This document shows positions 56,100 to 64,000 of a stretch of DNA of 64,000 bases, piece after piece (within the stretch, counting starts at the first letter, position 1; each line of letters opens with the position of its first letter). The notes under the pieces were generated by a model that was not told the origin of the DNA, did not search any database, and saw only the letters and a program-made list of their open reading frames with translations. A program made the translations under genes and the position numbers. Source of the DNA: Pseudolabrys sp. (GTDB lineage: Bacteria > Pseudomonadota > Alphaproteobacteria > Rhizobiales > Xanthobacteraceae); contig DASXBN010000106.1 in NCBI GenBank assembly GCA_036491675.1, forward strand, positions 38,401 through 102,400, written 5' to 3'.

Positions 56100-56384
56100 T
56101 TAATGCAGCCGGAATTCGCCGTTGATGGCCCTAAGTTCGGCCGGCTTGATCAGCTTGCAATGTGCGACCTGCACAGAGTGCAGCGGGCCTTCCAGCTTCT
56201 CCTGCCAGAATGCGAGAAACTTCTGCAGTTCGGGAAATTTCGGGAACAGGTCGTAGGCCTGCCAGACATAGGACTGCAGCAGCCAGCGGTGATCGGGACG
56301 CCGATACAGGATGTGGGCGGTGGTCAGGCCAAAACCGGCGACCTGTTTACGGAAATCGTCAGACACAAAGCCTTGCGAAACCAT
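56100..56384 (-). CDS. Usg family protein
   Basis: ATG 56384 lies within ORF 56100-56474. DDFRKQVAGFGLTTAHILYRRPDH...LHSVQVAHCKLIKPAELRAINGEFRLH matches the Usg-like family. Confidence 0.8.
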   Translation of the reverse strand: MVSQGFVSDDFRKQVAGFGLTTAHILYRRPDHRWLLQSYVWQAYDLFPKFPELQKFLAFWQEKLEGPLHSVQVAHCKLIKPAELRAINGEFRLH

Positions 56385-56616
56385 CGCGTCCCTCCATTCC
56401 GAGTCGGACACAAGTTTCCATTTCCGGCACTCGACATTGCAAGCCGAAAAGGTAAACAAACTGTTTAAAATCAAGGCGATAGCAGCAACCTTGCCCGCCT
56501 GCTAGCAACCTCAGCAGCGTGCCCCATGCCCGCAGCCGGGATCAACGCGACGAACGAACGGCCAGTTCCGGCCGTTGGCCCGTTAACCACGCCAGGTCAA
56601 GGACTTGTGAGAATTC

Positions 56617-56643
56617 TTGGCACTCATCTCGATTGAGTGCTAA
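56617..56643. promoter_or_regulatory. CIRCE (HrcA operator) upstream of groES
   Basis: TTGGCACTC-N9-GAGTGCTAA differs by one mismatch from TTAGCACTC-N9-GAGTGCTAA. It lies 120 nt upstream of the groES ATG. Confidence 0.85.
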
Positions 56644-56763
56644 AAAATTTCCGGGAGGCCCTTGCGGGTGAAAAATCGGTAACCCATCTCGGCCCTAGGT
56701 GCTGGCAGGGAACCAGCCAGCTACCCAAATCGCAAAATCGTCCAATAATTGAGGAGGACTGCC

Positions 56764-57081
56764 ATGAAGTTCCGCCCGCTTCACGACCGCGTTGTCGTCA
56801 AGCGCATCGATGCCGAAGAACGTACCGCCGGCGGCATCATTATTCCCGACACCGCCAAAGAGAAGCCGAGCCAGGGCGAGATCGTCGCTGTTGGCCCCGG
56901 TGGCCGCGACGAGGCCGGCAAGCTGATCCCGATCGATCTCAAGGTCGGCGACACCATCCTGTTCGGCAAATGGTCGGGCACCGAAGTGAAAATCGACGGC
57001 CAGGATCTCCTGATCATGAAGGAGTCCGACGTCATGGGCGTGATCGAAGGCGGCGCCGCCGCCAAGAAGCGCGCCGCTTAA
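56764..57081 (+). CDS. groES: co-chaperonin GroES
   Basis: ATG 56764 follows [20 protein letters not shown]...[22 protein letters not shown]. Confidence 0.97.
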   Translation: MKFRPLHDRVVVKRIDAEERTAGGIIIPDTAKEKPSQGEIVAVGPGGRDEAGKLIPIDLKVGDTILFGKWSGTEVKIDGQDLLIMKESDVMGVIEGGAAAKKRAA

Positions 57082-58767
<1,686 letters not shown>

Positions 58768-58793
58768 GTCCTTCGCTCAACACAAAATAACAA

Positions 58794-58826
58794 GGGCCCG
58801 GGAGCAGTCCCGGGCCTTTTCTTTTC
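58794..58826 (+). terminator. intrinsic terminator after groEL
   Basis: GGCCCGGGA-gcag-TCCCGGGCC is a perfect 9-bp stem, followed by TTTTCTTTTC. Confidence 0.8.
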
Positions 58827-58974
58827 GGGTGGCGCCAAAAATGAAAACGACCACAAATGAGAGGCGCGGTTACATCCGCCGTCGCCTTGGTCTCATCGTG
58901 GCCGTCGGGCAATGGACAACAGGCGCGTCCATCACCACTTGCCAGTATCGCTAGCTGATAATTGTGACAGCACG

Positions 58975-59784
58975 ATGAATCCGAAAAAGGGCAAGATTTA
59001 CATAGGCGTCGGCGGCTGGACCTTTGAACCGTGGCGCGGCGTGTTCTATCCGAAAGGGCTGGCCCATGCGAAGGAACTGTCCTACGCCGGCGAGCATCTG
59101 ACCTCGATCGAGGTCAACGGCACGTTCTACCGCTCGCAGACGCCCGCGACGTTCCGCAAGTGGGCGGGCGAAGTGCCGGACGGTTTCGTATTTGCGCTCA
59201 AAGGTCCGCGCTTTGCGGTCAATCGCCGGGTGCTGGCGGAAGCCGGCGACTCGATCAAACGCTTTCTCAACTCCGGCATTACCGAGCTCGGCAGCCGGCT
59301 CGGCCCCCTGCTCTGGCAGTTCGCGCCGCACAAGAAATTCGATCCCGCCGACTTCGGCAAATTCCTCGAAGCCCTGCCGGAACAGTTTAATGGCCGGACG
59401 CTGCGCCACGTCATCGAGGTGCGACACGACAGCTTCAGGACAGCGGAGTTCATCGCGCTGCTGCGCAAATTCAACATGGCGGCGGTTTACACCGATCATG
59501 CGATCTACCCGAATATCGCCGACCTTACCGGCGATTTTGTCTATGCCCGTTTACAGCGCGGCAAGGACACGGTCCCGACCGCCTATCCGCCCAAGCAGCT
59601 GGCAGAATGGGCGGGGCGCTTGCAAACGTGGGCGCAGGGCAAAGCGCCCAAGGATTTGTCGGTCGTCGATGCCAAGCACAAACCAAAGGCGGCACCGCGC
59701 GACGTGTTCGCTTATGTGATCCACGAGGGTAAAGTGCGTGCGCCGGCCGCGGCCATGGCGTTGATCGAAAACATAAGGGAGTGA
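58975..59784 (+). CDS. DUF72 domain protein
   Basis: ATG 58975. IYIGVGGWTFEPWRGVFYP and TSIEVNGTFY are DUF72 hallmarks. Confidence 0.88.
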   Translation: MNPKKGKIYIGVGGWTFEPWRGVFYPKGLAHAKELSYAGEHLTSIEVNGTFYRSQTPATFRKWAGEVPDGFVFALKGPRFAVNRRVLAEAGDSIKRFLNSGITELGSRLGPLLWQFAPHKKFDPADFGKFLEALPEQFNGRTLRHVIEVRHDSFRTAEFIALLRKFNMAAVYTDHAIYPNIADLTGDFVYARLQRGKDTVPTAYPPKQLAEWAGRLQTWAQGKAPKDLSVVDAKHKPKAAPRDVFAYVIHEGKVRAPAAAMALIENIRE

Positions 59785-59786
59785 CG

Positions 59787-60335
59787 ATGGCGAAGAAAGC
59801 CAGCGCAGAATCCGCGCCCAAATCGGCGCCCAAATCGGCGCCCAAGTCCGCGCCCAAGTCCGCGCCCAAGTCCGCGCCCAAATCCGCGCCGTTGTTCACC
59901 ATCGGCTACGAACAAGCCAAGCCCGCTGCGGTATTAGGCGAACTTAATCGTGCCAAAATCGATCTACTGGTCGATACCCGCGCCGTCGCCGCCTCGCGCC
60001 GCCCCGGGTTTTCCAAGCGCCAGCTTGCCGCCTCGCTCGATGAGGCCGGCATCGCCTACATCCACTTGCAAAAGCTCGGCACCCCGGCGGAAGGCCGGCA
60101 GGCCGCGCGTAGCGGAGACCTCGACACGCTCTGGCGCATCTACGACAAGCACATCAAGACGCCGGAGGCGCAGAAAGCGCTTGGCGAATTGGTCACGCTG
60201 ATCAAGTCGGGCAAGCGCGTCTGTCTATTGTGTTACGAGCGCGACCCGAACGAATGCCATCGTAGCCGCATCGCCGCGCTGGTGCAGAAACGCACGCGCG
60301 TGAAGGTCGAAGACCTGATCCCGCCGTTATTCTAG
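59787..60335 (+). CDS. DUF488 domain protein with an N-terminal (SAPK)n tract
   Basis: ATG 59787 has GGGAG 6 nt upstream. The DUF488 core is FTIGYE...LVDTR...LLCYERDPNECHRSRIA. Confidence 0.85.
   Translation: MAKKASAESAPKSAPKSAPKSAPKSAPKSAPKSAPLFTIGYEQAKPAAVLGELNRAKIDLLVDTRAVAASRRPGFSKRQLAASLDEAGIAYIHLQKLGTPAEGRQAARSGDLDTLWRIYDKHIKTPEAQKALGELVTLIKSGKRVCLLCYERDPNECHRSRIAALVQKRTRVKVEDLIPPLF
59811..59891. repeat. 12-bp in-frame tandem repeat, about 6.75 copies
   Basis: tc[cg]gcgcccaa[ag] is repeated from 59811 and encodes SAPKSAPKSAPKSAPKSAPKSAPKSAP. Confidence 0.9.
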
Positions 60336-60379
60336 CTATTCCGCCGGCCGCACGACGCGCGTACGCTCATCTACAAGAC

Positions 60380-60934
60380 TTATTTATCCGACTTATACCT
60401 TTCGTGCAGGCTGTCTAGAAAACTGATCTTTTGGGCTGCAAGTTTTTTCTGATAATTGTCTAAATTCATTTGAGTGGATTTTTCATTGTCGACATGGGAT
60501 TCCTTAAAAAATTGGTCGGCAGTTTCCCGAAAACTGGAAAGCTTCTTGCTGGACTCTTTATCGCCTATGAGCAGTAGCTTTGTATTGCATTGGCTCAAAA
60601 TCGGAAATGATTCAAAAAATACAGCCTCAGCTTTCGCGATTGCCGCCTTTTCTTTTTTCGACAGCAGATCTTTCTTGCCTAGGTTGGCTTCGCTTTCCTT
60701 TTTAAAGGCCGCGTTGCGAATATTTGCCCAATAAATTCCTAGTGCCGCGTAAAATTTATCGAATTGCAATGCCACATCGAGTAGCTGCTCGCGTTTTTTA
60801 TCATTGTAATGTTTCGTGCTCTCACGTCTTTGCGAAAGATAAGTCGCTATAATGCCGATACCGCCGCCTATAAGAGCGCCCAATCCCACCTTAACTGCAT
60901 CGTCCGCTACGGCAATCCAAGTCGGTGCAACCAA
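60380..60934 (-). CDS. orphan AT-rich membrane-anchored hypothetical protein
   Basis: 184-aa ORF with a TTG start and GGAGG 5 nt upstream. It has one N-terminal TM (VGLGALIGGGIGIIATYL) followed by a Lys/Glu-rich helical region. It is much AT-richer than the flanks. Confidence 0.6.
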   Translation of the reverse strand: MVAPTWIAVADDAVKVGLGALIGGGIGIIATYLSQRRESTKHYNDKKREQLLDVALQFDKFYAALGIYWANIRNAAFKKESEANLGKKDLLSKKEKAAIAKAEAVFFESFPILSQCNTKLLLIGDKESSKKLSSFRETADQFFKESHVDNEKSTQMNLDNYQKKLAAQKISFLDSLHERYKSDK

Positions 60935-60949
60935 TGTCGCCTCCGCGTC

Positions 60950-62185
60950 TTATTCGGCAGGCTGCGGCGCGCTTTGCTTGCCCTCGACATTGACGATCAT
61001 CGCAACGAGGGCGAGTGTGGTCACGAACAACAGCAGCGCGATCATGGCGTTCGCGCTTAACACCTGCGTGAAGCCGCCCGTTCTGTGCAACAGCGATATC
61101 ATGCCGATGGCCGCGCCCGCGCTGATGAACAGCAGGAAATAGCGCACCGCATAGACGCGGCCGCGCCAGGCGTCGGCGGTGTAGCGCGCCATGATCATGT
61201 CGTTGACGGTCACCTGCCCGTAAATCGCGGCAACCGCGATCGCGAGCGAGATCATCAGGCTGACGCCGTTGGCATAGGCCGCCCACAGATTGCCGAGGAA
61301 GCCGAGCCCGGTAATGATCGCAAACAGCATATGCGGCGTGATGTGCTCGACCAGCCGCCCGACCGTGAGTTGGGCCAGCGCTCCGCAAATCAGCACCGCC
61401 GTCGCGATACCGCCGACCAGTACCAGCGGCAGATCGCTCGAGAGGCGTTCATCGACGATTTTTGGCAGCGCGACGGTCAGGACGTTGAAGACCAGGCCGG
61501 CACTGAGCGCGATCACGATGAACAGGCCGAACAGCATGACTGCCAGCCGCGGCGTGAGGGCAACCGCCGGCGCCGATTTGCGCGTCTTGGCGTGATGGCG
61601 ATCGTCGGGCGTCAACCAAAGATAAACAGCGCCAGTCGCAATCGAGATCACCGCCGGCACGATGAAGGCCGTGCGCCAGCCGACCCAGTATGCCAGCGCT
61701 CCGCTGATGCCGGCGGCGAGCGAAACGCCGAGATTGCCGCAGACGCCGTTGAAGGCGAGCGTGCGGCCGCGTGCGTTCGACGCTTCGATCAGCATTGCCA
61801 TGCCAACCGGATGATAGATGGCGGCGAAAATGCCCAGCGCGAACATCGCCGCCGACAGCATCACGAGGTTCGGCGCCAGCGCGACGCCGACGAGCGAGAC
61901 CCCGCAGCCGATGTAGAACGCCGCCATCATGTTGCGGCGGCTCCAGCGGTCGGCGAGCCAGCCGGCCGGCAGCGAAAAAATGCCGAAGGCAAGAAAGGCG
62001 GTGCTCGAAAGCGCAATCAATTCGCTGTAGGGCCGCTGGTAGACGACCTGCAGGCCGATGACGACCGTGGGATAGATCAGCAGCACGAAATGGTCGAGCG
62101 CGTGCGCCCAATTGAGGAACGCGATCGAGCGGCGGCGGGCCGCCTCTTCGGATACCGCTTTGGCGGGCTGGTCGATGGCGGTCAT
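60950..62185 (-). CDS. MFS transporter
   Basis: 411-aa ORF with 12 predicted TM segments and the MFS loop motif GWLADRWSRR. Confidence 0.9.
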   Translation of the reverse strand: MTAIDQPAKAVSEEAARRRSIAFLNWAHALDHFVLLIYPTVVIGLQVVYQRPYSELIALSSTAFLAFGIFSLPAGWLADRWSRRNMMAAFYIGCGVSLVGVALAPNLVMLSAAMFALGIFAAIYHPVGMAMLIEASNARGRTLAFNGVCGNLGVSLAAGISGALAYWVGWRTAFIVPAVISIATGAVYLWLTPDDRHHAKTRKSAPAVALTPRLAVMLFGLFIVIALSAGLVFNVLTVALPKIVDERLSSDLPLVLVGGIATAVLICGALAQLTVGRLVEHITPHMLFAIITGLGFLGNLWAAYANGVSLMISLAIAVAAIYGQVTVNDMIMARYTADAWRGRVYAVRYFLLFISAGAAIGMISLLHRTGGFTQVLSANAMIALLLFVTTLALVAMIVNVEGKQSAPQPAE

Positions 62186-62336
62186 AGGGTCAAAATCTCA
62201 ATAAGAATCGCAATATAGCCCTTGCCCTTCGCCGAGCGTAAGGCCCAGCCCGCAACGCCTTGCGGCCGCTAAACTAATGGACACAACCTGGCTTCCCGCT
62301 TAAGTTGAAACGGTAACCCGGTGCGTTTTCACGGGA

Positions 62337-63098
62337 TTGCTCTGGGGCTTGGGGGCCTCAATGTGGGGCGGAAGGCGCGTGAGCGCGGCGATCATTGTCG
62401 CCGCGGCCTTCAGTGTGTGTTGTGTTTGCGTGTCCGCCGGACCTATCTGGGCCGGCGACGACGGCGCGCAGTTCCTTTTGTTTTCCGGCGCCGACCTGTG
62501 GCGCGACGGCCGCTTCCTGCATGGCGGCCTGCTGTGGTCGCCCGGCGGGCTCGACCGCGAGGGTTTCACGCTGAAGCTCATGGGTTCCGGCGGCGTCTAC
62601 CGTTACAGCTCCGGCGCGCTCGGAAATGCGACGGTGATCGGCACCGAAGAGGAGGGCCAGTTGTTGCCGGGCTGGCGGTTCAAGCGCGACCGGCTTGAGG
62701 TCAAAGTTTTCGCCGGGCTCAACATCAAGAACGATGTCACCAGTCCCAACGATCCGTCCAGCCGGTTGCATGGCACGGCCGTCGGCGTCCGCACCACGGT
62801 CAATCTGTGGTTCGAACCGACGCCCACCACCATGATCGCCGCCGACGCGTCGCTGACCACGATCGCCACCGGCTATTCGGCGCGCGGCGCTTATGGCTGG
62901 CGGCTGAACGATTGGTTCTATCTCGGCCCGGAGGCGCAGACTTTCGCCTGTGTCGGCTATAGTCAGTTGCGCTTCGGAGCCCACCTGACCGCCTTGAAGA
63001 CCGCGCAATGGGAGTGGTCGGCGGCGGCCGGCTGGGCCGGCGATAACGACCATCGATCCAGCCTCTACCTGCGCCTCGGCGTGTTGACCCGGCAATAG
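62337..63098 (+). CDS. bcsS: BcsS-like outer-membrane beta-barrel protein
   Basis: 253-aa ORF with a signal-like N-terminus and an aromatic/Gly-rich alternating sequence (FSGADLWRDGRFLHGGLLWSPGGLDREGFTLK) that matches my recollection of the cellulose-biosynthesis BcsS family. The start may be the internal ATG 62361. Confidence 0.6.
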   Translation: MLWGLGASMWGGRRVSAAIIVAAAFSVCCVCVSAGPIWAGDDGAQFLLFSGADLWRDGRFLHGGLLWSPGGLDREGFTLKLMGSGGVYRYSSGALGNATVIGTEEEGQLLPGWRFKRDRLEVKVFAGLNIKNDVTSPNDPSSRLHGTAVGVRTTVNLWFEPTPTTMIAADASLTTIATGYSARGAYGWRLNDWFYLGPEAQTFACVGYSQLRFGAHLTALKTAQWEWSAAAGWAGDNDHRSSLYLRLGVLTRQ

Positions 63099-63099
63099 G

Positions 63100-64000
63100 C
63101 TAATCAAGGGTCCGCCGGAAGCGCCTGACGGCGATGGTCATCGCGATCAGCATCAGGATGAACAAGGCCACGGCGTCGTAGCGCAGATCGCCGATCGAGG
63201 AACCTTTCAGCATGATCGCGCGCACGATGCGCAGGTAGTGCGTCAGCGGCAGCGCCTCGCCGATGTATTGCGCCCAGAGCGGCATGCCGGCGAAGGGAAA
63301 CATGAAACCCGACAGCAGGATATTCGGCAGGAAGAACATGAACGACATCTGGATCGCTTGCAGCTGGTTCTGCGCCACCGTCGAGAAGGTGTAGCCGATC
63401 GACAAATTGGCGGCGATGAACAGCGTCGAGAGCGCCGCCAGCAGCAAAAGGCTGCCGATGATGGGCACGCCGAATAAGAGGACGCCGATGCCGATGATCA
63501 GCGACGCCTGCACGAAACCGACCAGCACGTAAGGAGTGATCTTGCCCAGCATGATCTCGACCGGCGTGATCGGCATCGACAGCAGGCTTTCCATGGTACC
63601 GCGCTCGATCTCGCGTGTGACCGACAGCGCTGTGAAGATGAGCATGGTCATGGTGAGGATGGTGCCAACCAGGCCGGGCACGATATTGAGCGAGGTAACG
63701 CCCGCGGGGTTGTAGCGCGCGTGCGTGCGAATCTCGAAAGGCAGCACCGGCGGATCGGGCACGTCGCGGTCGTGCTGGAGCGCCGTCTGCAATACCTGAC
63801 CGAGCGCGCCGAGCGCGGTCCCCGAGGCAACCGGGTCCGTAGCATCGGCCTCGACCAGCATCGCCGGCTTGTCGCCACGGCGCACTGACTGTTCGAAATT
63901 GGCTGGGATTTCGATGGCGAACAGCACGGTGCCGGAGGCCAGCAATTGGTCGACCTCGGCCTCGGTGTGCGGCAGTTTGGTGACCTTGAAGTATCTTGTG
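63100..64000 (-). CDS. ABC-2 type transporter permease, C-terminal part (gene continues past the right edge)
   Basis: The frame stays open to the window end (...RYFKVTKLPHTEAEVDQLLASGTVLF...). It carries ABC-2 membrane-domain blocks (REIERGTMESLL, six TM). Confidence 0.88.
   Translation of the reverse strand, partial: TRYFKVTKLPHTEAEVDQLLASGTVLFAIEIPANFEQSVRRGDKPAMLVEADATDPVASGTALGALGQVLQTALQHDRDVPDPPVLPFEIRTHARYNPAGVTSLNIVPGLVGTILTMTMLIFTALSVTREIERGTMESLLSMPITPVEIMLGKITPYVLVGFVQASLIIGIGVLLFGVPIIGSLLLLAALSTLFIAANLSIGYTFSTVAQNQLQAIQMSFMFFLPNILLSGFMFPFAGMPLWAQYIGEALPLTHYLRIVRAIMLKGSSIGDLRYDAVALFILMLIAMTIAVRRFRRTLD

Noticed and set aside
56502-56529. RpoH-type promoter CTAGCAA-N13-CCCCAT upstream of groES
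   Set aside because: The -10-like CCCCAT is good, but the -35 matches CTTGAAA at only 5 of 7 positions and lacks the TTG core. It is not convincing without TSS data.

Overview
High-GC alphaproteobacterial chromosome segment. Protein signatures look Bradyrhizobium/Nitrobacteraceae-like, which is an inference with no database search behind it. The window is densely coding. I support about 70 CDS, one tRNA-Leu(UAA), several regulatory sites and terminators, and a few repeats. I found no rRNA, CRISPR array, transposase, integrase or phage genes. The recognisable content is mostly housekeeping or stress related: hisI-folE, yidD, thrS, the otsB-GH15-otsA trehalose operon, cysE, csoR-copA, gpt, dctA and usg-groESL with a CIRCE operator. 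There are also c-di-GMP components: a tandem-PilZ protein next to a BTLCP protease, a GGDEF-EAL protein and BcsS. The conserved ATP-grasp / alpha-E / transglutaminase / Anbu proteasome-like operon is present. The most interesting items are listed here. (1) A near-consensus promoter fires into a 450-nt ORF-free, hairpin-dense tract (55.6-56.1 kb) that I could not assign to any RNA family. (2) The Anbu operon is complete. (3) A canonical minus-strand intrinsic terminator has no gene upstream of it (20.45 kb). (4) A membrane-protein gene is split by a 7-bp tandem duplication (28.5 kb). (5) An orphan pentaheme cytochrome c carries an EF-hand loop and sits next to a FixK-box-preceded monoheme cytochrome. 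(6) Two GGAAC-N17-CGTT (EcfG-type) promoters precede otsB and a CBS-domain gene. (7) AT-richer patches hold orphan genes: a tRNA-Leu-adjacent islet, a TPR protein with a 288-bp tandem duplication, and a 184-aa orphan. All coordinates and repeats were counted by hand from the sequence. No search or folding program was run.
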